A DNA stretch of 63,659 nucleotides, filler included, from Octopus bimaculoides (Eukaryota), in NCBI RefSeq assembly GCF_001194135.2. It is 7 parts of 7 records of this genome, joined end to end, with 100 filler letters (N's around TTAATTAATTAA, not from the genome) between each part and the next. Parts side by side here need not be neighbours in the genome. Positions count along the whole stretch, not along the records: positions 1 to 31,872 come from NC_068982.1; 6 more parts are not named here. One strand, given 5' to 3'. Shown here one piece after another: positions 1-13,999 of the stretch. Every line of letters starts with the position of its first letter. Positions within the stretch are counted from its first letter, which is position 1. The translations under genes and the position numbers were made by a program. A model generated the notes under the pieces. The model worked only from the letters and a program-made list of their open reading frames with translations, was not told where the DNA came from and searched no databases.

Positions 1-293
1 TCCTGTAGGATTTTCGAGCGAGATCGTTGCCAGTGCCCCTGGACTGGCTTGTGCGGGTGGCACATAAAAGACACCATTTCGAGCGTGGCCGTTTTCGTGC
101 GGGTGACACGTAAAAGCACCCACTACACTCTCTGAGTGGTTGGCGTTAGGAAGGGCATCCAGCTGTAGAAACTCTGCCAAATCAGACTGGAGCCTGGTGT
201 TGCCATCCGGTTTCACCAGTCCTCAGTCAAATCGTCCAACCCATGCTAGCATGGAAAGCGGACGTTAAACGATGATGATGATGATGATGATGA
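1..293 (+). mobile_element. 3' part of a SINE with (GAT)n tail (family C)
   Basis: ggcgttaggaagggcatccagctgtagaaac...catgctagcatggaaagcggacgttaaacgatgatgatg. Related copies at 54155-54258 (-) and 60920-61035 (+). Confidence 0.7.
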
Positions 294-933
294 GGTCGAC
301 AGAATTGCTTATTTTCTTTTCAATTTTGACATATTGTAACAGTTTTATTTGTACATAGCTAACTTATAAGTTACACGTTATTACGAACGACTGACCAGAT
401 TTCGTTGATATAGTGCAGTCTATCACACCAGTCTAATTTGATAGAATAAAATTTTCTTAACAGAAGCACGTAAAATCGTGTTCCTTTCTTGTTTATTGTA
501 ATTGCTTTCATTTGGGCTGAAGATTTTGTTTGACTTTCCTGATACAAAGAGTGGAATAATTACATTGATTCTGTTAATGTTATTTACAACAGAACAGGAT
601 GACTGACGTTGTTAAACACGACTTAAGTATCAGGTTTCAACGAGGAGACGGGGTGAAATATAATGAGGCTCGATGTTCAAACGTTATATTTCTTAGCGAA
701 GAAAGTTCGATCTTTTACTGGAGATTTGTTAATTCCTTGATAGCTAGACAAACTGATTAAATAAGGTAACAAAGTAGTAAAAACGATATTACTATTCAAT
801 CAAACGTCTGTAAATGTCAAGTATTGTGCTTAACATTTTATGTGTGTGATTGTGTGCGCGCCCGTATGTGTGTATTGTATATATAATACGTTTTAGCTGT
901 AAGTGCGGAGTCCATGCTGAAATGCCGCCTTTA

Positions 934-977
<44 letters not shown>

Positions 978-1045
978 NNNNNNNNNNNNNNNNNNNNNNN
1001 NNNNNNNNNNNNNNNNNNNNNNNNNNNNNNNNNNNNNNNNNNNNN

Positions 1046-1081
<36 letters not shown>

Positions 1082-1244
1082 AATAGATATATGCTAAACA
1101 TGGTTATTTGTTTAATAAGTTTTCTTGGTGATTACGTGATTTTGAGATCGATCTTATTCTGTCTTTTCCCATGCTATGGATCAAACAAATCCTTATGAAT
1201 GAAATATATATATATACGCACATGTAACGAGGGTGCAGGTATGA

Positions 1245-1285
<41 letters not shown>

Positions 1286-1295
1286 NNNNNNNNNN

Positions 1296-1341
<46 letters not shown>

Positions 1342-1454
1342 GCAGTAACTTAACTATATACATGCACATATATCTCTATCCATTTATATGTATGCATGTA
1401 TGAATATGTGTGTGTGTTATCGGACCCAAATACACAATGCAAGTCTCCAACTTG

Positions 1455-1865
1455 ATCGGCGGTAGCTGCGAATTGATGCGCTGTAGATGAAAGTCAAGAC
1501 AGGCGAGACGACTCACTTAGGACAACATTCAAGAGCAATGAATATTGAAGTTTTGCCATTTCTGTGACTTATTAAGATCACGTACCTGAACCAAATCGGA
1601 GGTGACTAACGTACACATTGTCCGCATATACCAGCTGATAGTTTCTACACCATTTTACATATAGTCATGGACAGGCAATTTAGTTCACCTCCGATTCGGT
1701 TCAGGTACGTGATGATGATAAACCACAAAAAGGCTGAAACATCGATGTCCCTTGTTCCTGAATAGGATCCGGGGTCAGTTGTCTCGCCTACATTGACTTT
1801 CAAGTGTTTTAACAACCGTCGCTTTGAGAGTGTCATATTCACCGCTCCAAATCGCATACCTCGCA
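1455..1865. repeat. Degraded large inverted repeat (foldback element)
   Basis: atcacgtacctgaaccaaatcggaggtga (1577-) pairs with tcacctccgattcggttcaggtacgtgat (-1713). aagtcaagacaggcgagacgact (1491-) pairs with agttgtctcgcctacattgactt (-1799). Confidence 0.6.
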
Positions 1866-2454
1866 TATGTGTTCGATAATGGTTGCAATATTAGCGCTGC
1901 TTCTAATTCATATTTGAATGTGTGTGTGTGTATGTGTGCGTGCGCGCGCGTGTTTATATATGTATGTATGTATGTATGCATGCATGAATGTCTGTATGTA
2001 TGTATGCATGCATGTAAGTATTGTTTACTATCTAGTTTTACTTCACTGCAGTGAAGTTCCCTATGTTGCAATCATACAGGTTACGTGTTCCATGCTAAGA
2101 TTACTACCATCATTCTTTGCACCATATACAGAAACGCTGTAAAGGGTCAAGCTTTCTGCTCTGTCTTTCTGATGGATTAAAAAGAAACGTGTGGCTATCA
2201 CAGAAAGCTCCTCTAACGGACTCGCATAACAAACCATATAGTAATCAAAATGCAGAGAAGTGTAATGTAGACTGTAATGAAATTATTGATACGTGAATAT
2301 ACAATTGCATTGTATAAAGCAGAGGTTGCATATCAATGCGGACATGTAACCCTAAAGCCTTCTTCACTGAAACTATTACTACATGAATAAGTGGTTAAAT
2401 AAATATATTCACCACTCATACATCCTGATTTTATGGTTTACGTGTATATACATG

Positions 2455-2485
<31 letters not shown>

Positions 2486-2486
2486 A

Positions 2487-2522
<36 letters not shown>

Positions 2523-2605
2523 CGTGCTTTGTGAGTTTGAAAGTTTTTGTGTTTGTGTGTATATGTATATACAGTCCTGCTGGAGATGCCCTAGTTTCTG
2601 CACAG

Positions 2606-2651
<46 letters not shown>

Positions 2652-2718
2652 NNNNNNNNNNNNNNNNNNNNNNNNNNNNNNNNNNNNNNNNNNNNNNNNN
2701 NNNNNNNNNNNNNNNNNN

Positions 2719-2760
<42 letters not shown>

Positions 2761-2762
<2 letters not shown>

Positions 2763-2901
2763 ACTGGGTTCTTTAAGTTTCCTTTGCCAAATCCATTCAC
2801 AAGGCTTTGGGTGGCTCGAGTCAAGTGGCCAAGGTACAACGTAGAGAAACTGACCCTGGAACCATATTGTTGAGAAGCACACTTCTTTCTACACAGCCAT
2901 T
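2761..2901 (-). mobile_element. Diverged SINE family A
   Basis: aaatccattcacaaggctttgg...acacagccattcc. A similar old copy lies at 58360-58460. Confidence 0.5.
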
Positions 2902-3198
2902 CCAGCTGATGCATATGATATATTTGTGTGTGTGTGAGTGCGCATGCGCTTATAATACTCGTATATGCATATGTGTGTGAAGGAGAGGATGCGTTTCGAA
3001 CTTTGCTTATAGATTATTTAAGAATTAGGAGCGTATGTGAACTGATATATGAATATATTTAGCGTAACTTTTATCTCGCCGTTTTCTGTACAGTTTTCAC
3101 TATCTATATTTAGTACTTTCTCTTTCCATCTCTTCGTCCCTTCCCTACATGTCCCTCTCATTCAGTGTGTATACGTTTATGTGTGTGTATGTGTGCGT

Positions 3199-3252
<54 letters not shown>

Positions 3253-3787
3253 ATGTGTCTGTGTTTGTGTGAGCATACACAGATGCACATACGTACATGC
3301 ATTTATACATGCACATCCACAAATATGTTCACATACATACATTCATACATACAAAGATGCATGCATGTCCTATACGCACACGTGCCTCTATGTGTGGATA
3401 CGACGAAGGAAATTGACAATTCTGTGGACGCTGTTGAAAAGAATATACGTCTGCAAAGCAAATATTTTCATATGAATATTTGTGTCTGTGTGTCTGTTCG
3501 TGTGTGGTTCTCGCATTATTGTGGGTTTATATAAATGTGTATGTAAATACTAAATGACTTATTAAGGTTGGCTATCGACTCGTGTGTAGTGAGTTGTAAC
3601 CAGTTTCAGGCGTTTCGTTAAGTCTCTGTGGAAGGCAATATTTTCTTCGTGCTTCAACTCCTCTTGAGTATCATGTGATATCAATATAGAGACATACACA
3701 TCAGGTTGTGTGTGTGTGTGTGTGCGTCTGTGTGTATTTGAATGTGTACGCATATATAAACATACAGATACACATACGTGCACGTTT

Positions 3788-3820
<33 letters not shown>

Positions 3821-3890
3821 AATATCATTCTCGTCATGTATGTATTATATATATTGTATATATATATATACATTATATATATTGTGTATG

Positions 3891-3932
<42 letters not shown>

Positions 3933-5084
3933 NNNNNNNNNNNNNNNNNNNNNNNNNNNNNNNNNNNNNNNNNNNNNNNNNNNNNNNNNNNNNNNNNNNN
4001 NNNNNNNNNNNNNNNNNNNNNNNNNNNNNNNNNNNNNNNNNNNNNNNNNNNNNNNNNNNNNNNNNNNNNNNNNNNNNNNNNNNNNNNNNNNNNNNNNNNN
4101 NNNNNNNNNNNNNNNNNNNNNNNNNNNNNNNNTATATATATATATATATATATGCATATACATACATACATATATATAAATATAAATATTGTACATACAT
4201 ATATATACATGTCTGCTTGTGTATGTCTATATGTGTGTATACACACACACACACAAACACAGACACACGCACACATACCACAATTCTTGTGCGCAAGCGC
4301 ATGTGTAAGTATTTGAACAGATGTTTAACATGGTTAAACACCAATATTGGAAATGTGGACAGTGATAGGGAACAAACCGTGATGCCAAGTGACATTTGAG
4401 GTGTTTGTTACTATCACTTACCGCAACCACTCCATCTCTTTACGCTTGGCCACCCATGTTTTTAACACAATTTTGTTTATTTCGATCCTACAGCGATATC
4501 TACTCAGATACTGATGGCAAACGATAGTTTCTACAGGCTACATAATATTTAGAAATAAAATCCCGTTTCTTGACTGACGGTAGCTTGTTTGCCCATTTCT
4601 ATCCCATTCTATTCAATCAACAAGCTACAACATTTGTTCTTAAATGCGTTGTTTCTTCTTCTCAGTGGCTTCTGTATAAAGAACACTATGACTGCTGCTC
4701 TTCTGAACATTCTAGCTAGCTACGCTATTCACTCACATCCACGTATCAGTCCCGAGCTCCTCTTAACTTCCAGATTCTTTGGTAATTTTGCAGTTACTTG
4801 TGATTTAGTAGACCACTTTGAAACCACTGCGGTTCATTCCTACTGCACAGCATCATGAGTAATTACATACTACTATACCAGCAGGTGAACAAATGATCTG
4901 TGAGTGAGTTCCTTGGTTATGGCCGGTCAGAAAGTTACCATTGGTTTCCAGTCAACACACACATACCACACATACGTGCATTCAGCCATTATCTGCCTGT
5001 TGTTTCACTCCTTATCTCTACTTCACATTCTTCATGCTTACCAATTTTACTTTCTATTTTCCACCATATTCAATCCTATTTGTA

Positions 5085-5139
<55 letters not shown>

Positions 5140-6073
5140 ATCTCTCTCTCTCTTTCTATCTATCTCTCTTTCTCCTTGTTTTAACCTTTCTTATAGCTCG
5201 TACCTGTGTCCTGTCTGTGTGTACATTTATATCAGTGTGGTGGTTGTAGTGTGTTCATTTCTAACCCATAACCAAGCGCTACGTCAAAGATATTGATGAA
5301 AATACATATGTGGCTGAAATAAGTAGCCGGATCGATATGATCGACTAAACCTGTGAAGCTTGTGAGCAATCTTGGCTTCAGTCCCATAACTGAAATCACT
5401 AAAAGAACAAAAGAATAAAGAATGCAAAGTAAAACATTTAATAATGAGTAAATGTGAATGTTTATATGTTTTATGAAGTTATAAAACACCAACGCTAATA
5501 AATACAATTCCTTGTTGCATCACGTTTTCATATCTAAGCTTTTAATTTTATAGTTTTTCTTGTCAATTTTTCCATTAGAATCAGAACTTTTCTAAACAGC
5601 AACATCAAAGCATTTTAATCATAGACTACAAATTACTGATTGCAGGACAATATTAGTTTGAAATACATTGCCAATGGTAACATTTCCAATTTGCACTACT
5701 TCAAATATTTCGTCACTGACTATCTAATTTAATTTCAAAACTCTAAGGTGAAATAAAAGAAACGAATATAAATCTTGATAAGAGAAATTAAAAAACAAGT
5801 ATCATCAAAATTGATGGAAGCTAGTAATTGACTTTCGTTTACTTGGCCTTCCTGAAGTGTATTAGAATACGCACATAAGCGATATGGATACACACATATA
5901 CACACATGCACGCAAATACACGTATATATATATACTTATACACACCTTCATATAAGTGTGTGTGTATACATGTATACATGTATATATGTATATATATATG
6001 TATATATATGTATATATATGTATATATATGTATACATATGTATATATATGTATACATATATATATGTATATAT

Positions 6074-6142
<69 letters not shown>

Positions 6143-8220
6143 TGGATGCATGTGTCCATGTCTAATGGCTATGTGTTAGAATGTATGTTACTATTTGCTA
6201 GAATGTATGCATTGCTATCTTTGCATATGTAAGATTTCTATGTAAAGTAATATCTACCAATTCTTTTGTATAAACTCCTATTTGATATATTCATGCGCAT
6301 ACATGTATGTACATGTTTTCTTTTTATTCACGTCCCACTCTCAACACATAGTTTCTTGTATGCAAGAAACTATATCTACATCTTATATGTCCATACATCT
6401 GTAGTACACAGAAACACATAATAAACACATATATGCGCGTGTACGTACACACACCTGCATATATGTATATGTAGATGTGCGTATATATAAATATACATAC
6501 AGGTATGTATGTATGTGTGTATGTATGTATATACCCATGCATGTGTGTATGTAAATATCAAATAGATTTTCAGCTTAAATGCATATTCCGAGTCTTCTGT
6601 CTGTTGCTAATCGCGTAACTGATATCTGAATTAAAAATGACAGTATTTATAACTAAGATGATAAGTCGGGGTGGTCATTAAATAATAAAATACGTGTCCA
6701 AAGCAAAGCTATTATTTATTTATTTATTTATATATATACAACATTTTCAATATAGATTTATATAATACATTTTCATTCTTTATCTTTATCTTTCTGTCAT
6801 TGTTTATTTATTTCATTTTGTCTATTTTCCTCGTTTTTCGTTTTAGTTTTTATATATTTACTTATTCCTTTTGACAGATATTTTTACTTTCGATACCTAC
6901 ACGCGCTTATCATGTTGCATATACATAATGTATTCTTCCCTTAAAAGTCATACTCTTGAGACACAGAACAGTAATAGAAAGTATTCGCAGAATACATAAC
7001 ACATTGTTTTTGTTTTTGTTTTGAGTACAAATGCTTGTTATTTGAATTCTCAACTGCGCGCACAAACATACACATGTGAACATGCACGCGCGTGCGCGCA
7101 CATGTACACACAATCACATGCACACACACACAAACATACACACACATACACACACACAAACATATTCACACATGCACACATTCACACACATACAAACATA
7201 TATATAGGCATTATTACATACATACATGAGACATACACACATGCAAACATATGTACTTTCATATGTGTGTGTGAGTGCGTGTATGTACGTGTAAGTATGT
7301 GTTGGATTCGGTTCTACTGAGTGGCACTTTGGGCATTTGTCATATCGTATAGCCCCAATCATTTAACCCCCAGGTGGCATCCCTTGCTCACAGTGACATA
7401 CGACGTTATGATATAAGTAAAACATATGAACTTAGAAAGTATCTCCATGAAACATGAGAACACAATGCTCATAACTGCAAATGAATTTATCTAATTTTTC
7501 CTTGTGATTAATCTCGTTTTTTTTTTCTTTTTTTAGTAGGTGAAAACTGGCACTACGTCCATTTTTATTATAATCTGCTATTTTAGTCTTTGTTACTATT
7601 TGCTCTACAATGGTAATTGATAGTATGTAGGCTAGTTTGCATTCATCAGATTCAATCTGTGTATATTTTCCAATATACCTATTGTGTTTAATCTAGCAAA
7701 TATGTGTCCCTATTATATGGTGTATAGTTATATTCAGAATATTCTTTAGTACTGATTTATGTCTAGATACACAAAAGTACATATTTGCGTTTTATTTTCA
7801 TTTTTATGAATAAACATTTGTGTAAGCTGTGTACACAAAAACAGCAATTCAACCAGCTTATAATATACAACGTAAACATGAATTAATCAATCATGGAAAA
7901 TGCTGAATTTTCTATAATTCAATTATGGAATAATTAAAATGTACTGCTTCATGACTACTTCACATGATTCAGCGATAATGCTCATGTGAAACAGTTTTAT
8001 ACATTTTATACATACATAGTATTTAGAGATAATGTTATATTACTTATGTACATCATGCAACGGCTAAATTTTAAATGCTAATATATTTTCTATGCAAAAA
8101 TACATTTAAAAGTAGTAGATGCAATGTGTATATGCAAATTCATCATAAATTACCACGTCTGTCATGAATGCCTCAAAAATCTGAAAGCTTGAAACATTTC
8201 CAGCAAAATAATATGTATAT

Positions 8221-8381
8221 GCAGGAGTAGCTGTGTGGTAAGAAGCTTGCTTCTCAAGCACATGGCTCCAGGTCCAGTCCCACTGCGTAATACCTTAGGA
8301 AAGTGTCTGCTACTATAACCTCGGGCCGACCAAAGCCTTGTGAGTGGATTTAGTAGATGGAAACTGAAAGAGGCTAGACGT
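8221..8381 (+). mobile_element. tRNA-derived SINE family A (5' module)
   Basis: gcaggagt.gctgtgtggtaag...g.t.cagtcccactgcg...caaagccttgtgagtggattt.gtaga.ggaaactgaaag. Carries Pol III A/B-box-like motifs and has several copies in the window. Confidence 0.75.
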
Positions 8382-8610
8382 ATTGAATTGGTACTTATTT
8401 TTTCGACCCCGAAAGGATGAAAGACAAAGAACTCAGAACGTGGAGACTAAAAAAAAGCCGCTAAACATTTCACCCGGTGTGCTATCGATTATACCAGTTC
8501 GCCACTTAATTCCATTTTTTATATTAATCAGTGAAAGATAATCTCGTTGGTTAAACGTTTCCTACTGACCAATTACTTGTTTATTCCGTTTTAAGAACTG
8601 AAAATAACAG

Positions 8611-8957
8611 CGTTTTTTAGTCGAACAAACCGACCCCAGGACTTATTCATTGCAAGCCTAGTACTTATTCTATCGGTCTCTTTTGCCGAACCGCTAAGTT
8701 AGTGGGATGTAAACACACCAGCATCGGTTGTTAAACGATGTTGTAGGGACAAACACACACACAAACACACACACACATACATATACATGCATACGACGGG
8801 TTTCTTTCAGTGTCCGTCTACCAAATCTACTCACAAGGCTTTGGTCGGCCCGAGATTATAGTAGAAGACACTTTGCCCAAGGTGCCACGCAGTGGAACTG
8901 AACCCGGACCATGTGGTTGGTAAGCAAGCTACTTACCACACAGCCACTCCTGCGCCT
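8611..8957 (-). mobile_element. Near-full-length SINE family A (5' module, CA tract, 3' module B)
   Basis: Reverse-complement A head at 8790-8957 joined to the gtcgaacaaaccgaccccaggacttattc...gggacaaacac module. Confidence 0.8.
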
Positions 8958-9718
8958 ATATATGAGACAAGTGTGAATACTTCTGCATCAGCAAATTAAT
9001 TCTGCATAAAGTTGAAGTTATTCTGACCATACGATATCAAATACTCTAAAAAGAAAAGTATTAGTTATAGACGAAGGGAAGTTATTATGACCATATTTAA
9101 TCCTTTAGACATGTAAACAAAGGGGATCATATCGCACTGGACAATGGCGTTTGATAACTAAAAGCCCAAGAGAGTTTAACTTGATCATCATATTAAAGGT
9201 TGAAAACAAATACAATGAGTCAAGAGTATAAAGGCATTGTACAAATGAATGAAAACATTCTTACGCAAATTTAAGAAATCTGAGAGTTATTTAAATGCGA
9301 GAAACGATATTTTTACCAATTGTCCTCATTCCGATAAGTTTAATATAACAAACTGACAATTTTCAGAACTACCGGACTGATCTCGACGCGTTCTTTTAAA
9401 CTTACATTTCCTCTGAATATTTCAAACACCTGTTTTGATTTTATTTTAATATTTTTTTCTTTTTTGCGTTGTCTCTTCAATCATTCATCACACTAATAAG
9501 ACTACTTTCATGATAGTAGCCTCAAGCCTCTATACTGAAGAGAACACTGAAATATATATAAATTCATAGGAATGTCTATTTTCGGCTTTGTGTTTGTGTA
9601 TGTGCATAAATGTATGAATATCTGTGTGCGCAAGCGTGTTTATATGAGTGCACAAGTCTCTGCATGTACAGTTTTGCGTGTATGTGCCTGTATATATATA
9701 GATATATATATATATATA

Positions 9719-9810
<92 letters not shown>

Positions 9811-10576
9811 CGTGTGTGTGTGTGTGTGTGTGTGTCTCTCCACTTATGTTACATCGTTTTTATAAGATTTTATATTAATCGAGTAAATAACTTATATGTT
9901 CAGACTCTGATAGGTGGAGTTATCTCCACTTCAGCAACGTAAAATTTGTTCCAGCTCTCTTTTCCTCTTGGTGAATCTCATGGCTATGCAGTGGGAAGAA
10001 TGCAATGGCTATGCTTTGAAGACTGGAGGCACGCAACCTGACTACTGTAAAAGCAAAATTTGACAATAACTTCTCAGCATGAAACTCGATGTCTTCTTCA
10101 TATTCCACTAATGTACTGCATAAATACCACTTTAATGCGGCTTGAGTGCTTTTACTAGTTGAATATTATCCATAAATTAAAAGTGCAGGCACGCACGTGT
10201 ACACACATATATATTCAATCCCGCATACATATATAGAAATACCTAAATGCAATTCATATATTAGTAATAAATAGAGAGATAAATATGTGTGCGTCTGTGT
10301 GTGGGTGTGTGCGCGTGTGTGATTATATGTGTATGTGTGTATGTTTGTGAGTATCTGTATACATATACATATCTACTACAAAGACACGCGCACACATATT
10401 TATTCAATTAAACTCTAGAAATCCCAGCATGGACGTGGTCTAGTAAGTCAAACAAGTAAAAGATAACAGACAGATAGTTAGATAGAGAGACGGACACACA
10501 CACACACACACACACATAGACAAATAGACAGACAGACAGACAGCAGATGAATAGATATAGAGAGAGATACATAGGG

Positions 10577-10617
<41 letters not shown>

Positions 10618-11251
10618 CATACATACATACATACATACATACATACATANNNNNNNNNNNNNNNNNNNNNNNNNNNNNNNNNNNNNNNNNNNNNNNNNNN
10701 NNNNNNNNNNNNNNNNNNNNNNNNNNNNNNNNNNNNNNNNNNNNNNNNNNNNNNNNNNNNNNNNNNNNNNNNNNNNNNNNNNNNNNNNNNNNNNNNNNNN
10801 NNNNNNNNNNNNNNNNNNNNNNNNNNNNNNNNNNNNNNNNNNNNNNNNNNNNNNNNNNNNNNNNNNNNNNNNNNNNNNNNNNNNNNNNNNNNNNNNNNNN
10901 NNNNNNNNNNNNNNNNNNNNNNNNNNNNNNNNNNNNNNNNNNNNNNNNNNNNNNNNNNNNNNNNNNNNNNNNNNNNNNNNNNNNNNNNNNNNNNNNNNNN
11001 NNNNNNNNNNNNNNNNNNNNNNNNNNNNNNNNNNNNNNNNNNNNNNNNNNNNNNNNNNNNNNNNNNNNNNNNNNNNNNNNNNNNNNNNNNNNNNNNNNNN
11101 NNNNNNNNNNNNNNNNNNNNNNNNNNNNNNNNNNNNNNNNNNNNNNNNNNNNNNNNNNNNNNNNNNNNNNNNNNNNNNNNNNNNNNNNNNNNNNNNNNNN
11201 NNNNNNNNNNNNTATATATATATATATATATATATATATAGATATAGATAT

Positions 11252-11314
<63 letters not shown>

Positions 11315-12469
11315 TGCATGCATGTATGTATGGTTGTATGTACGTATTTATGTCTGTATTTGTGTGTGTAATAACTAAAATCTACTGCAAGTATTGCTCT
11401 TAGCTGGTGAGACAGTTGTAACTGTCATAAGCAAAAATCAATTTGATATAACAAAGCAATAACTATATCCATACATTGTACCCAGCGTCTTAAGTGCTAA
11501 ATCAGAAAATATTTCCCTACGAATATATTTTCTTTATACTCTTACATTAATGAATAAAAAGAGAGATACAGTGAATATCTTCAAATCTGAGTCCCACAAA
11601 GCATATTTTATTTTCCCACAGGGTTTAGTCAGGATTGAGGCGAGTGGTTGTGGTTAAGTTAAAATAGGAAACTTGGAAAAATGTTAACGTATGTTTAATG
11701 AATAGGTGAATACAAAAATGGCAGCAGGTGATGGTGGAGTGCGTGGAGCGACAAGGTAACGGTGAGGGAGGCCTTTACAAACGCTTGTGTGATGATGATT
11801 CATGAATGTCTATTTAGCGGTGGTTAGTGCCTGTAAGTACAGAGGAGTGTATGTCTTTGTACATACGTCAGTTAAAATATTGCTTGCTTCCATTTGTTCG
11901 GGGTCTGAAATCGTTTGCGAATTGTTTGTTTTGTTTCATAATTAATCCCGTGCCAAATGCTGATAAAGCCAGTTTGCAATGAAAGGCGTTCCAGCAATGA
12001 CCATCACTTATTTTTTTCATACTTAGTGTATGTGAACGACGATCCCTTATTTTTTCAACTTAATGAACAAGTGGTTGTAGAGTGATTGTTATGAGACAGA
12101 GAAAGGCGATCTCTTTGTAGAGAAACAAACGGAGGAGCTGAAAAATCGTCAGCATGCAAACATGTACAGACACACACGCGCGCTTATAGATACATCCTTG
12201 AGGATGCACACCACAGATGATACACACACATATGTCGGAAAACAGGGATTCTTGTGGCGGTGAAAGTTACGTAGTTAAAGAAGTTAAACCAAAGAAAAGA
12301 ATATATATGGGTAAATGTGTTCATGTGCGCTGCAAGATAAAAGTAGAAGAAATGGAAAATATTATTATTACGTAGAGTAAGAGGCGGAAAAGAAAGAAAA
12401 TAGAAGGAAAAATAAGCATGAAGATATTCATAGATGTCAATAAAAGTGAAGTTACTTTCTCGAATCATT

Positions 12470-12697
12470 CTGACTCATAAGGTCCGGTTTCCCGGTTTCC
12501 ATGGTGTATAATTTCCCACCTGGACGGGACGCCGGTCCGTCACAGGATTAATCACTTTTACCAGGTTAGTGGACTGGAGTAACGCGTAATAAAGTGTTTT
12601 CCTCAAGAACACAACGCATCGCCCGGTCCAGGAATCGAAACCACAATCTGCCGATCATGAGTCCGACATTCTAACCAGGAAGCTACGTGCCTCCACA
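12470..12697 (-). mobile_element. tRNA-derived SINE (family E)
   Basis: Minus-strand head gtggaggcacgtagcttcctggttagaatgtcggactcatgatc...gtggtttcgattcctggaccgggcgatgcgttgtgttcttgagg with tRNA-like A and B boxes. Confidence 0.7.
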
Positions 12698-13377
12698 TGG
12701 ATGACGATGGGCACATCCGTTTGAGAAGAATAGATGTAACATCCATATACACGAGTATGTGTGCGCGTGCGCGCTCGTATACACAAGACGCTCGCTCGTA
12801 TTGTTGTCGTCGTCGGCCGTTTGACGTAGGTCGACGTTAACTCTTCTGTTTATACCGCTCAGCAAAATGACTTGTATTCTTATATTTGTTTCAGGCACTC
12901 AGATAATTGTATTTACAGTGGAAATGCTTCATCGAAAATGCACATGGTAAGATAGGTGAATGGTTAGCCTCATGTATATGTGTGAATGTATGCATATGTG
13001 TGTATATAATATATATGAGTATATGCATATATGTATGTACATGTATGTACATAACTTCATCTACGTGTATATATAGCTGCATATATATTGCAAGGCATGA
13101 AAGCGATCGATATTATTACTTGTGATTTTTATTGACAAACGGTACGCTAATCTATTTTCGCTCATTTCCTCGCTTTCAACAGTGCATATGAGTGATTTAG
13201 GTGGTTTACAGTCGTTTTGAGTTCTATTTCTTGCATGCTGGTACTTTTCTCAGTACCCTTCATTATAATTATATATTAAACTACGATTCATTTGAATAAA
13301 ATTCCTCAAGGTTGTGCCCCAGTATATCCGCAACCTAATGATTAAATACAAGTAAAAAAGAAATTTTATACATACGT

Positions 13378-13545
13378 AGGCGCAGGAGAGGCTGTGTGGT
13401 AAGAAGCTTGCATCCCCACCTCAGGGTTCCGGGTTCAGTCCCACTGCGTGGCACCTTCGGCATCTGTCTTCTACTATAGCCTCGCGTCGACCAAAGCCTT
13501 GTGATTAGATTTGGAGGACGGAAACTGAAAGAAGCCCGGCGTATA
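13378..13545 (+). mobile_element. SINE family A 5' module
   Basis: aggcgcaggagaggctgtgtggtaag...gggttcagtcccactgcgtggcacc...gaagcccggcgtatatat. Confidence 0.8.
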
Positions 13546-13561
13546 TATATATATATTTGTT

Positions 13562-13940
13562 GTTGGCACTCCGTCGCTTACGACGTCGAGGGTTCGGATT
13601 GATCCAATCAACGGAACAGCCTGCTCGTGAAATTAACGTGCAAGTGGCTGAGCACTCCACATACACGTGTACCCTTAACGTAGTTCTCGGGGATATTCAG
13701 CGTGACACAGTATGACAAGGCTGGCCCTTTGAAATACAGGTACAACAGAAACAGGAAGTAAGAGTGAGAGAAAGTTGTGGTGAAAGAGTACAGCTGGGTT
13801 CGCCACCACCCCCTGCCGGAGCCTCGTGGAGCTCTAGGTGTTTTCGCTCAATAAACACTCACAACGTCCGGTCTGGGAAGCGAAACCGCGATCCTATGAT
13901 CACGAGTCCGCTGCCCTAACCACTGGGCCATCGCGCCTCC
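13562..13940 (-). mobile_element. tRNA-derived SINE (family F)
   Basis: Head gtggaggcgcgatggcccagtggttagggcagcggactcgtgatc...ggtttcgcttcccagacc resembles the family E head but has a different body. Confidence 0.7.
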
Positions 13941-13999
13941 ACACACACACACACACACACACNNNNNNNNNNNNNNNNNNNNNNNNNNNNNNNNNNNNN

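Noticed and set aside
12640-13940. tRNA genes
   Set aside because: The tRNA-like heads lack complete acceptor stems and continue into SINE bodies.
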